Source: Bacteroidales bacterium
Lineage (GTDB): Bacteria; Bacteroidota; Bacteroidia; Bacteroidales; UBA7960
Direction of reading: 5' to 3'
Length of the DNA: 24,000 nucleotides
Assembly (NCBI GenBank): GCA_003557805.1
Contig: PWNY01000065.1
Location: 1 to 24,000 of the forward strand
Made by a program: the position numbers and the translations under genes. The stretch's first letter is position 1, and each line of letters opens with the position of its first letter. Under the pieces are notes generated by a model, which saw nothing but the letters and a program-made list of their open reading frames with translations, did no database searches and was not told the origin of the DNA. Below are positions 1 through 8,540 of this stretch, piece after piece.

Positions 1-1220
1 AAGGGGTGTATAATGTATATACAGCGGAGAACCTGAGATACTCTCAGATCATCCCGCTGGATATGTACAATGAGAAGAACTCACGTACAAACCTGCCGGC
101 ACAGATAGACATATTGGCTGCAGAAGGGGAGGAGTACGAATTCCTTTTCATGGCAAAGGGAGGTGGTTCTGCAAATAAGACAGCGCTTTACCAGCAGACA
201 AAGGCCCTGCTTAACCCCGGTAAACTTGAGGAGTTTCTGACAGAAAAGCTCAGGACACTTGGAACAGCTGCCTGCCCTCCCTACCACGTTGCCTTTGTCA
301 TTGGGGGCACATCAGCCGAGTCGACCCTGAAAACAGTTAAGCTGGCTACTGCAAAATACCTGGACGGTCTTCCCTCAGAAGGCAATGAAGAAGGAAGTGC
401 ATTCCGGGACAGGGAGATGGAGCAGAAGGTGCTTGAGGCCGCATACAACCTGGGTATAGGTGCCCAGTTCGGCGGGAAGTACTTTGCACTGGACATAAGG
501 GTTATACGCCTGCCAAGACACGGTGCATCATGTCCTGTGGGTATGGGTGTGTCATGTGCTGCTGACAGGAATATCAGGGCCAAAATTAACCGTGACGGGA
601 TCTGGATTGAAAAACTGGAGAAAGATCCGGGTCGTTTCATACCCGATGAATACAGGGAAAAGGATGATACTGCGGGGGCAGTTAAAATTGACCTGAACAG
701 GCCAATGAAGGAGATACTTGCAGAGCTGGGCAATCACCCGGTTGGCACCCGCCTGTCTCTTGATGGAACAATAATAGTGGGCAGGGATATAGCCCATGCA
801 AAGCTTAAGGAAAGGATAGATTCAGGGGAGGGGTTGCCTGATTACATAAAAAACCACCCGATATATTATGCCGGCCCGGCAAAGACCCCTGAAGGGATGC
901 CCTCTGGATCATTCGGGCCAACAACTGCAGGGAGAATGGACTCCTATGTTGATCTTTTCCAGGAAAACGGGGGCAGTATGATAATGATAGCCAAGGGAAA
1001 CAGAAGCCAGGCAGTAACAGATGCGTGTAAAAAACATGGAGGTTTCTACCTGGGAAGTATCGGCGGGCCTGCAGCCATTCTTGCTCAGGAGAATATTCGT
1101 AAGGTTGAGCTACTTGAATATCCCGAACTTGGCATGGAGGCCATTTACAGGATCAGGGTAGAGAACTTTCCGGCATTTATACTTGTTGATAATAAAGGAA
1201 ATGATTTTTACAGCAAGTAA
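1..1220 (+). CDS. Class I (Fe-S dependent, FumA/FumB-type) fumarate hydratase, C-terminal about 405 aa. The 5' end lies outside the window.
   Basis: The reading frame is open from the window edge (codon phase starts at base 3) and the tracked GTG at 6 is just the first start-like codon. Family-typical stretches include [65 protein letters not shown] and the C-terminal [17 protein letters not shown]. It ends in TAA at 1218-1220. Confidence 0.9.
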   Translation, partial: GVYNVYTAENLRYSQIIPLDMYNEKNSRTNLPAQIDILAAEGEEYEFLFMAKGGGSANKTALYQQTKALLNPGKLEEFLTEKLRTLGTAACPPYHVAFVIGGTSAESTLKTVKLATAKYLDGLPSEGNEEGSAFRDREMEQKVLEAAYNLGIGAQFGGKYFALDIRVIRLPRHGASCPVGMGVSCAADRNIRAKINRDGIWIEKLEKDPGRFIPDEYREKDDTAGAVKIDLNRPMKEILAELGNHPVGTRLSLDGTIIVGRDIAHAKLKERIDSGEGLPDYIKNHPIYYAGPAKTPEGMPSGSFGPTTAGRMDSYVDLFQENGGSMIMIAKGNRSQAVTDACKKHGGFYLGSIGGPAAILAQENIRKVELLEYPELGMEAIYRIRVENFPAFILVDNKGNDFYSK

Positions 1221-1249
1221 TAAATAACAGGAATTAAAACAAAGCTTTA

Positions 1250-2629
1250 ATGTACAGAACTGAATATGATACCCTGGGGCCGGTAAAGGTTCAGGCTGAC
1301 AGGTATTGGGGTCCCCAGACCCAGAGGGCATGTGACAACTTCAGGGTTGGCAGCGAAATGATGCCCCCTGAGATAATTCATGCATATGCTGTCTTGAAGA
1401 AGGCAGCAGCCTGTGAGAACCATGCACAGGGGAAACTTAAAGGCGATATCTTCGGGCCCATTGTGCAGGCCTGCGAGGAGGTCACATCGGGGAGGCTTGA
1501 TGACCATTTTCCCCTGAAGGTATGGCAGTCTGGCAGCGGAACCCAGACCAATATGAACCTGAACGAGGTTATCGCGAACAGGGCACATGTGATTATGGGG
1601 GGAAAGCTTACCGATAAATCCAAAAAGGTTCACCCCAATGACCACGTCAATATGTCCCAGTCGACAAATTATACATTCCCGGCTGCGATGCATATTGCAA
1701 CCTACAGCCTTATCAGCGGGAAGACTATCCCTGCCCTGGAGAAACTTCGCGACAGCCTCGACAGTAAGGCCCGGGAGTTCAGCGAAATAGTAAAGACGGG
1801 CCGCACCCATATGATGGATGCAACACCGCTGACCGTTGGTCAGGAGTTTTCCGCATTTGTTACCCTGACAGGAAAAGCAGCAGACAGGCTGAGGGAAAGC
1901 CTTGATGGGTTGGCAGAGTTGGCCATGGGAGGTACTGCAGTCGGTACGGGCCTTAATGCACCGGAGGGTTTCGATAAAGCTGTTGCCGAAAGGATAGCCG
2001 GGATTACGGGGCTGCCATTCAGGGCTGCACCAAATAAATTTGAGGCAATTTCTGCACATGATGCTGTTGTAAACACAAGCGGTGAATTAAAATCTGCATC
2101 TGTAACGCTTATGAAGCTGGCAAATGATATCCGCCTGCTTGCTTCAGGCCCGAGAAGCGGTATCGGAGAGCTCATCCTGCCATCCAATGAACCGGGTAGT
2201 TCAATAATGCCCGGAAAGGTCAACCCGACACAGGCAGAGATGATAAGTATGGTAGCCGCCCAGGTTACCGGAAATGATACTGCTGTTACCCTGGGAGGTA
2301 TGGGAGGCAGCCTTCAGCTTAATGTTTATAAACCCCTGCTTGCCCTTAATATTTTGCAATCAGCGAAACTGATTGCAGATGCATCTTACAGTTTTGCCGA
2401 AAAATGTGTTGATGGTATAAGGGTAAACACCGGACAGGTAAAGAGGCATCTTGAAAACTCCCTGATGCTGGTAACGGCACTTAACCCGCATATTGGATAT
2501 GATAAGGCAGCGAAAATAGCTAAGCACGCCTGGCAGAATAAACTGACACTCAGGGAGGCTGCCATGGAACTTGGTATAATAAAGGGGAAGGATTTTGACA
2601 ACTGGGTGGATCCCGAAAAGATGGTATAA
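1250..2629 (+). CDS. fumC: Class II fumarate hydratase (fumarase C, aspartase/fumarase superfamily)
   Basis: 459 aa. It carries the superfamily signature [15 protein letters not shown], plus [24 protein letters not shown] and [17 protein letters not shown] (catalytic His region). The N-terminus YWGPQTQRA and the WQSGSGTQ block fit FumC better than AspA. Confidence 0.93.
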   Translation: MYRTEYDTLGPVKVQADRYWGPQTQRACDNFRVGSEMMPPEIIHAYAVLKKAAACENHAQGKLKGDIFGPIVQACEEVTSGRLDDHFPLKVWQSGSGTQTNMNLNEVIANRAHVIMGGKLTDKSKKVHPNDHVNMSQSTNYTFPAAMHIATYSLISGKTIPALEKLRDSLDSKAREFSEIVKTGRTHMMDATPLTVGQEFSAFVTLTGKAADRLRESLDGLAELAMGGTAVGTGLNAPEGFDKAVAERIAGITGLPFRAAPNKFEAISAHDAVVNTSGELKSASVTLMKLANDIRLLASGPRSGIGELILPSNEPGSSIMPGKVNPTQAEMISMVAAQVTGNDTAVTLGGMGGSLQLNVYKPLLALNILQSAKLIADASYSFAEKCVDGIRVNTGQVKRHLENSLMLVTALNPHIGYDKAAKIAKHAWQNKLTLREAAMELGIIKGKDFDNWVDPEKMV

Positions 2630-2630
2630 A

Positions 2631-2660
2631 AAAAGGGGCAGTCTGAACAGCCCCTTTTTG
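2631..2660. terminator. Bidirectional rho-independent terminator shared by the convergent genes fumC and gldN
   Basis: AAAAGGGGC (2631-2639), a 10-nt loop, then GCCCCTTTT (2650-2658). The GC stem is flanked by an A-run on one side and a T-run on the other, so either strand reads as hairpin plus U-tract. It lies between the fumC stop (2629) and the gldN stop (2701). Confidence 0.8.
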
Positions 2661-2700
2661 TCAACCAATGCTTAAGGTTGTACCTGAAATATCTTCTTAA

Positions 2701-3435
2701 TTAGTAATGCCAAAGGTCGAGTTCAAAGTTCCTGATCTCTTCCTTGATCCTTTGAGCTTCCAGTAATCTTTCGCGAGGATCTTCTATATATTCTCTTATT
2801 GCCCTGTTATCGGGCCTTTCTTCGCGGTATACAGTAGCATCAAAGAAACGCCTTATGAACAGGTCGTCAAAAGATTCAACCTGTTTGTCATTTCGCCTGT
2901 TCATAACCGGTGCATTTGCAAGAGCCGGGCGTGCCTCTTCGAATGGTACCCAGAACAGGGGATCAACAATATCCGTATATTCTCCTGTTGCCTCGTCCCT
3001 GACAAGCCTTGCAGGAGAAATGCCGATTATGCGTACGTCCAAAACCCCCCTTCTCTTGTCAACGAACCACTCTTCCATAATACGGAATACCAGCACTTCA
3101 GTGGGCCTGAAAGGGATTACCTCCTCAACCTCCTGGCCCTCAATAACTATTACCTCCGTACGTGAAAGAACTTCGTCAAACAGTTCATCCGGGTCCATTG
3201 GATCCCTCATGAAGCTGTCATCATCGACATCGTATGCCCTTAACTCGCCTGAGCGGATTGCATCCTCGAGCACCTGCATCAGGCTGCGGTAGTCACCCGT
3301 TGGTCTTTCAGGGAAATAGAGTGGTTGATTAATGGTTTTCCTGACATCTATTGACTGCCATAACCTTTTTGACCACAGTATGTCCGCTTCCCTTACGTTG
3401 GCGAGCTTTGCAGGTTCCCTTTCCCTTACCGACAT
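2701..3435 (-). CDS. gldN: Gliding motility / T9SS periplasmic ring protein GldN (PorN). This is the intact ORF only. The natural start appears to be upstream at 3540 and is cut off by an in-frame TAA (see findings).
   Basis: 244 aa. The stretch ADILWSKRLWQSIDVRKTINQPLYFPE matches the conserved GldN N-terminal core (DxLWSK..W..ID..E..N.PLYYP). It is the last gene of a porP-gldK-gldL-gldM-gldN run. The ORF as tracked has no signal peptide. Confidence 0.85.
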   Translation of the reverse strand: MSVREREPAKLANVREADILWSKRLWQSIDVRKTINQPLYFPERPTGDYRSLMQVLEDAIRSGELRAYDVDDDSFMRDPMDPDELFDEVLSRTEVIVIEGQEVEEVIPFRPTEVLVFRIMEEWFVDKRRGVLDVRIIGISPARLVRDEATGEYTDIVDPLFWVPFEEARPALANAPVMNRRNDKQVESFDDLFIRRFFDATVYREERPDNRAIREYIEDPRERLLEAQRIKEEIRNFELDLWHY

Positions 3436-3546
3436 GGGTTCGTAAAAACGATTTGCCGGTCTCTCCCTTTCTTCCTGTGCATCAACATGCAGTTAGGCTA
3501 TAAGGCAGAAAACAGCAAAAAGAAATATTGATCTAAGCATTGGTGA

Positions 3547-3553
3547 TCCTCCT
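3547..3553 (-). promoter_or_regulatory. Shine-Dalgarno-like AGGAGGA, 6 nt upstream of the ATG at 3540 (the inferred native gldN start)
   Basis: The minus strand reads AGGAGGATCACCAATG, where the ATG is 3540-3538. This motif is the main argument that translation of gldN starts at 3540 rather than 3435. Confidence 0.5.
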
Positions 3554-3566
3554 ATTTGTTATGGAA

Positions 3567-5165
3567 TTAGTTTATATTAAACGATAAATCTCCAAGCAGC
3601 CTGGTCTCCCCGCCGGGGCCGACCGCCCTTATGGTGCGGAAGTATACCAGCTGGTTGGGCCTTGCATCATTCAAAAAGCGCTCCATATCCGGAGTAAATT
3701 CGCTTCCGCTTGTCTGTCGCGCCATCCTCTGCTCACCTGCCACAAATGTTATCATTTCAAATGAGATGACCTCCCAGTCCACACCCGCAAACAGAAAATC
3801 CTCTCCCATTGATGCTTCTATACGGCCTCCTCTTAAAAGGATCTGCCTGTCTACCCTGCCTCCGTCGTAACCGGCAATCCTTGCCTCCGGCCTGGGAAGC
3901 GGCAGGACCCTGAACTCCATTTCGTCAAGGCGTTCCATTTGTCCTTCGATGATCGCATTGACCGCAATGGTGACATTTTGCCTCGGCACCTCAGTTTCTA
4001 CAATATAACCGCCGTCGGGACGCCTTGTAATATTCGCGCTTCCTGATGAGATCTCCGGTCTCAGGTTTTCAGATGGAATACCAGGGGCCGATATTGAGAC
4101 TGGGTTGGCAATATTCGTGTAAAACACGTTCATATTTGTTGCCGAAACCGTCGCACTTGGCCTCTGTATTGTGTATTGTGTTCTGAACGGATGGGCTTGT
4201 CTTACGCCTGCCGGGGATACTACGGTGATCTCACCACTTATTGTGTGTGTACCCGGAGTAGTGGCTGGAATCCTTATCTGTCCGGTACCATCGGTAACCG
4301 GAATTCGCCCTATACCCTGGACAGTTATTTCCGGTTCCTGCCGGGTATCAATTGCAGCGACAAACACATCTGCCTCATAAACTCCGCCTGTCATCACAAT
4401 TTCACTCTTCGGAACCACCCTGGCGGTGACCTCGTCAAAACGGAACTGTCCGGCTGTGATAAGATCAAACAGCATGTTAATGGCATCGAACTGGGCATTC
4501 CGTATTTCAGTTATCAGGCGGTTCAGGTTTGTTGCGACTGCCACTGAGATAACCCGGTCAAAAGTAAGCTGCTGCCAGTTAACCCTCCTGTCCTGGACAT
4601 AGAATGGACCTTCCACGTCAAGGGCAACCTTTATGGACTGGTCATGTCCCGATAAAATGCTATCAATTTCGTACTTGAGGTTGCTAATCTTTTCCCTCAG
4701 TTCGTATGCCCTTGTTCCGGGGCCGCCAGCCCTTTCATCTGCCTCCAGGCTGTTCTCAACCAGCCAGTACCGGGATGATATGCTGTAATTGTCCTTCCTT
4801 CGTGAGTCGATAAGGTCGAGTGTGTCCGCTTCTTCAAATGAAATACCGTTAATAAGGGCAAGCATCTGGGTGCGGTGGTGACGGATATAGTTTACCAGCG
4901 AGTCAGCAAGTTCCCCTATATAGATTGCTTCTCCATGAAAAGGATAAACATGATCTTCAGAGAAATTTAGCCGCTGTTCCTCAAAATCGTAGTACACCAT
5001 ATCAACCTTGGCCTCAAAGTTCCTGTTGGTCTCCTCAATGCTCCTGTTAATAAGGGGGAAGGAGTCGAGCACTTCCACCGATACGTTCAACGCCATCAGG
5101 GCAAGGAAGATCAGGTACATCAGACCGATCAGCCTTTGTCTCGGGGTTTGTTTCGCACCTGCCAT
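3567..5165 (-). CDS. gldM: Gliding motility / T9SS motor protein GldM (PorM)
   Basis: 532 aa. The N-terminus MAGAKQTPRQRLIGLMYLIFLALMALNVS is the hallmark GldM single TM helix, including the conserved Arg at position 9. A long periplasmic region follows. The gene sits between gldL and gldN. Confidence 0.93.
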   Translation of the reverse strand: MAGAKQTPRQRLIGLMYLIFLALMALNVSVEVLDSFPLINRSIEETNRNFEAKVDMVYYDFEEQRLNFSEDHVYPFHGEAIYIGELADSLVNYIRHHRTQMLALINGISFEEADTLDLIDSRRKDNYSISSRYWLVENSLEADERAGGPGTRAYELREKISNLKYEIDSILSGHDQSIKVALDVEGPFYVQDRRVNWQQLTFDRVISVAVATNLNRLITEIRNAQFDAINMLFDLITAGQFRFDEVTARVVPKSEIVMTGGVYEADVFVAAIDTRQEPEITVQGIGRIPVTDGTGQIRIPATTPGTHTISGEITVVSPAGVRQAHPFRTQYTIQRPSATVSATNMNVFYTNIANPVSISAPGIPSENLRPEISSGSANITRRPDGGYIVETEVPRQNVTIAVNAIIEGQMERLDEMEFRVLPLPRPEARIAGYDGGRVDRQILLRGGRIEASMGEDFLFAGVDWEVISFEMITFVAGEQRMARQTSGSEFTPDMERFLNDARPNQLVYFRTIRAVGPGGETRLLGDLSFNIN

Positions 5166-5210
5166 AATATATATTTAGTGTCTTATTTTTCGTATTTGCT
5201 AAAAAATAGC

Positions 5211-6098
5211 TTACCTGTTAATATTGAAGTTCATTGCCGAGAGCATATTTCCGTAGACACTGTTCAGTGCCTTGATGTTCTCGGTAAGTTGCTCCATCTG
5301 TGCCTTATACTGTTTGGCACTATCAGCCGAGCTGTCAAGCTCCTGTATTACACCACCAATGCTCTCCTGGTATTTATTTACAGATTCGTTCTGTTTGTTA
5401 GCCGCCTGCATCTGGAGCTCATATGCGGTGTTCAGTGCTGAAAGGTTCTTGGTCAGACTTTCAGATGCCTGTGCACCGTCCTGTGCCTTGCGGGCTGATT
5501 CCCTGTAAGACTCATTCATCTCATTAAGGGAGCTGACAACATTTTTTAAATTGGAGTTGTACTCTTCCGAAAGGCTGAGGTCGTGCTTGAGGTATTCAGC
5601 CTTGTTCTTGTAAGACTGGCTGAGTTCAAGCACCGACTTGGAGGCTGTCTCCATGTTCTGGATATATTGGTTGGTCGCTATGGCGGCATTCGAAAGATCA
5701 GCCAGCCTCGCAGCATTATCGCTAAGATTACGCAGACCACGGCCGAGATTATTGATAAGCTCCGGTCCTATATCCGCCTCCTCCATAAGTTTGTCCAGGT
5801 TTGAAGAGAGGGTTATATTCTGGGTGCCGGCAGCCTGAACTCTCCTTTCCGGCCTTTCTGAGGCTTCGATTCCTGCCAGTTCTGGATACACACGGCTCCA
5901 ATCGTAATCTTCAGGATATGATTCAAAAGCCGAGAAAAAGAATACTACAGCTTCAACACCCATCCCGATCACAAGTGCGTAATCAGCAAATGGCCAGTGC
6001 ATTATCTTGAACAGTGCACCGATAATAACCAGGGAGGCTCCCCATCCGTATAGCCTGGACATGAAAGTCCTCCATACTCTTGATTTTGCAAATTTCAT
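5211..6098 (-). CDS. gldL: Gliding motility / T9SS motor protein GldL (PorL)
   Basis: 295 aa. It has two N-terminal TM helices (LYGWGASLVIIGALFKIMHWPF and ALVIGMGVEAVVFFFSAFE) with an intramembrane Glu at residue 49, followed by a long coiled-coil-like cytoplasmic tail. The length is PorL-like. Confidence 0.9.
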   Translation of the reverse strand: MKFAKSRVWRTFMSRLYGWGASLVIIGALFKIMHWPFADYALVIGMGVEAVVFFFSAFESYPEDYDWSRVYPELAGIEASERPERRVQAAGTQNITLSSNLDKLMEEADIGPELINNLGRGLRNLSDNAARLADLSNAAIATNQYIQNMETASKSVLELSQSYKNKAEYLKHDLSLSEEYNSNLKNVVSSLNEMNESYRESARKAQDGAQASESLTKNLSALNTAYELQMQAANKQNESVNKYQESIGGVIQELDSSADSAKQYKAQMEQLTENIKALNSVYGNMLSAMNFNINR

Positions 6099-6124
6099 TT
6101 GTGGCTGTTTTTTGTTTTATAGAA

Positions 6125-7441
6125 TTAATATACATTGGATGCTCCCGGCCCGTCGTCCCTGTCGCGCCCCGGGTATGTCTGAACGCTTCTGAAACCTATG
6201 TATGAGGTGGCCGTATCCTGGTATTCATATGACCTGGTACTAACCTGAAGCATATAACCAATATCTTTCCAGGATCCCCCTCTTACAACTTTACGGCTCA
6301 GGGAAGGGGGATCAACATCCGGATTGAACTCGTACTGGTAATCCGGACTCAGGTCATGCCCGAAATAGTAAAATGACTCATCATATGCATTCCTGGTCCA
6401 TTCTGCTACATTCCCCGCCATATCATACAAACCATAATCATTCGGGGGGTAGTGACCCACGATTACCGTATAAAGCCCGCCGTCGTCCGTGTAATTACCC
6501 CTTAAGGGCTTAAAGTTGGCCAGAAAGCAGCCTTCAGCGTTCCGAAGGTAGGGTCCTCCCCAGGGGTATGGACTAAGGTCCCTGCCTCCCCTTGCGGCAT
6601 ATTCCCACTGAGCTTCAGACGGGAGTTCGAAATCCATCGCAAATGGCCTGTTTCTGGATGCGAGATAGCTGTTTAGGTATTGGGTCCTCCAGACATTAAA
6701 GGCCCTGGCCTGCACCCAGTTAACACCGACCACCGGATAGTGGTCAAATGAGGGGTGCCAGAAATACTGCTTGGCCATAGGTTCATTGTATGAATAGGTA
6801 AAGTCACTGATCCACACCAGGGTGTCCGGGTATATATGGGTTTCGTGCTGCCTGACCAGGTCAGCCCTGTTCATGTTCCTGCGTTCGACGGGGTTATAAT
6901 CCGCGGCACTTCGAAGGTCTATGGTATAATACCTGTATATGAGCCTTCTGGTATCTATCTCCCTGCGGCGGAAGAAGCGTTCATCTTCCGGCAAAAAGAG
7001 TTCTGCGAGGATATCTCTTTCTTCTTCACCGTCCCACCGTATTCTGGGGCGCCAGTTTAGCACCGGTGGGTCAAGGGGCATACCGAACTCATCTTCGAAG
7101 AAAGCAAATTCATCATCAAAGTCGGCCAGCAGGCTTCGTGCCAGAGAATCCCTCACCCAGTAGACAAACTGCCTGTACTGGTTGTTGGTTATCTCTGTTT
7201 CATCCATGTAAAAAGCCGGCAATGAGACGGTCCAAGAGCGGGCGTTCTGTGAGTAGGCGATATCCTGGTCTGATGGACCCATTGTAAAACTACCCATTGG
7301 GATAAAAACCATTCCCGGCGGATCGGGGTATACTGCATCCGGCCTGTTCTGTACTCCGACCACATAACCCCGGTCTCCCCGGCCAATTCCACAGCCAGCC
7401 AGTAAAACCGCAGCAAGAACAAATAATACAACTCGTTTCAT
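6125..7441 (-). CDS. gldK: Gliding motility / T9SS lipoprotein GldK (PorK), FGE/SUMF1-fold
   Basis: 438 aa. There is a lipoprotein signal with a lipobox (MKRVVLFVLAAVLLAGC). The FGE-sulfatase-like body includes MVFIPMGSFTMG, EAQWEYAARGG, YDMAGNVAEW and RGGSW. Confidence 0.92.
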   Translation of the reverse strand: MKRVVLFVLAAVLLAGCGIGRGDRGYVVGVQNRPDAVYPDPPGMVFIPMGSFTMGPSDQDIAYSQNARSWTVSLPAFYMDETEITNNQYRQFVYWVRDSLARSLLADFDDEFAFFEDEFGMPLDPPVLNWRPRIRWDGEEERDILAELFLPEDERFFRRREIDTRRLIYRYYTIDLRSAADYNPVERRNMNRADLVRQHETHIYPDTLVWISDFTYSYNEPMAKQYFWHPSFDHYPVVGVNWVQARAFNVWRTQYLNSYLASRNRPFAMDFELPSEAQWEYAARGGRDLSPYPWGGPYLRNAEGCFLANFKPLRGNYTDDGGLYTVIVGHYPPNDYGLYDMAGNVAEWTRNAYDESFYYFGHDLSPDYQYEFNPDVDPPSLSRKVVRGGSWKDIGYMLQVSTRSYEYQDTATSYIGFRSVQTYPGRDRDDGPGASNVY

Positions 7442-7480
7442 ATGTCTGAATTTACTTCTGCCTCAATAAGTCAGGCAAAG

Positions 7481-8431
7481 TTACAAAAATCTGATATTTC
7501 TTTGAACCTCCTGTATTCTGTCGAGCCCCAGGTCAAAACAATACTGCAGCATTATTTCATGCGTGCCATAGCTTCGGCCCATTGCTCCGAGCGGGGAGGT
7601 TGTAATATCGTATGAATATCCTACGCTGATCTGGTCAAGCTTTACCCCCAGCAAAACTGCCACAGCATCCTGAGGTCTATATGTAACGCCTCCCCAAAAA
7701 CGGTTATTGTATGTTACCAGTGTGTTAAGGTCAAACTGTACCGAATTCAGGTCGGTTTTAACCAGTATTGAGGGGCTCAATACGTAGCTGGCGTTACCCG
7801 GAAGGGAAAGGTTGTAACCTCCGCTTGCATAGATATGCCTCTGCAGGCTGAAGTTGCTATCTCCCAGTCCGCCACCGGCCTGCCGTAGCTGGGCAAAGGA
7901 TACTCCCGCCCATGCTTCATCGTCAAGCAGGTAGAATGCCCCAAGTGAAAAATCCATGAATATTGCGTTTTCATCCCCCCCTCTCAGAACCGGGTCACCG
8001 GGATCCAGCGGCCTGAGGGAAGCAAAATCTATGCTTTTGTCAAGAAAGCCCGCCTGAACACCAATCCCAAGTCTGCCCATGCTCATATCCATGTGATAGG
8101 AGTAGGAAATTCCAACGCTGACATTGGTTTCCGGGCCAAGCTGATCCTGCATGAAGCTAAGGGCAAGCCCGCCCCTGATCAGGCCTACAGGAGCGTCAAC
8201 GTTGAGACTGTAAGTTTCAGGGTTAAGGCGGTTGCCTTCTGCATCCCTGAAGCCAACCCACTGCTGTCTTGCAATGCCGGTTGCACAGATGGAGTTTCGC
8301 AGGCCTGCCAGTCCGGGATTTATACCCATGTTGTTGAATGAGTTATGGGTAAACTGAGCCTGCTGCTGCGGGAATACCTTTCCGCAGCATAACGAAATAA
8401 TTGCCAGTAATAAAAAAAATCCTCTTAACAT
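7481..8431 (-). CDS. porP: PorP/SprF-family T9SS outer-membrane beta-barrel protein
   Basis: The sequence after the signal peptide, MLRGFFLLLAIISLCCGKVFP followed by QQQAQFTHNSFNNMGINPGLAG, matches the PorP/SprF N-terminal consensus (QQDPQFSQY.FN....NPA.AG). It ends in an aromatic-rich beta-barrel-like C-terminus (..RNIRFL). The tracked ORF extends to a TTG at 8473. The ATG at 8431, which directly yields a signal peptide, is preferred. Confidence 0.85.
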   Translation of the reverse strand: MLRGFFLLLAIISLCCGKVFPQQQAQFTHNSFNNMGINPGLAGLRNSICATGIARQQWVGFRDAEGNRLNPETYSLNVDAPVGLIRGGLALSFMQDQLGPETNVSVGISYSYHMDMSMGRLGIGVQAGFLDKSIDFASLRPLDPGDPVLRGGDENAIFMDFSLGAFYLLDDEAWAGVSFAQLRQAGGGLGDSNFSLQRHIYASGGYNLSLPGNASYVLSPSILVKTDLNSVQFDLNTLVTYNNRFWGGVTYRPQDAVAVLLGVKLDQISVGYSYDITTSPLGAMGRSYGTHEIMLQYCFDLGLDRIQEVQRNIRFL

Positions 8432-8510
8432 ATGAACCGGCTTTCGTATCAGACCTGCATGATAAACGTACAAATCAATAAATTATTGAAACCCTGCAAA
8501 ACAGGCCAGT

Positions 8511-8518
8511 CAAAAATA
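8511..8518 (-). promoter_or_regulatory. Candidate Bacteroidota -7 promoter box (TATTTTTG) upstream of porP
   Basis: The minus strand reads TATTTTTG, matching TAnnTTTG, about 80 nt upstream of the ATG at 8431. No well-spaced -33 TTTG is visible, so confidence is low. Confidence 0.25.
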
Positions 8519-8540
8519 CAATATTTTCTTTCAATGCGTT

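Noticed and set aside
1247-2059. 270-aa minus-strand ORF antisense to fumC
   Set aside because: It lies entirely inside a confidently identified fumC gene. The sequence is Cys/Pro/Gly-rich and low in information, with no recognisable motif. This is typical of an antisense shadow ORF.
3493-3495. TAA in gldN as evidence of stop-codon reassignment (an alternative genetic code)
   Set aside because: TAA clearly terminates at least seven other well-supported genes in this window: both fumarases, gldN, gldM, gldL, gldK and porP. Their ends fall at positions consistent with family-typical lengths. Genome-wide TAA recoding is therefore not supported.
7442-7480. Small hairpin (TGCCT, 9-nt loop, AGGCA) between porP and gldK
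   Set aside because: A 5-bp stem with no U-tract, inside what looks like a single operon. It is not distinguishable from chance.
8432-8473. TTG-initiated 14-codon N-terminal extension of porP in the ORF track
   Set aside because: The extension (MYVYHAGLIRKPVH) precedes an ATG that directly yields a canonical signal peptide. The ATG start at 8431 is more plausible.
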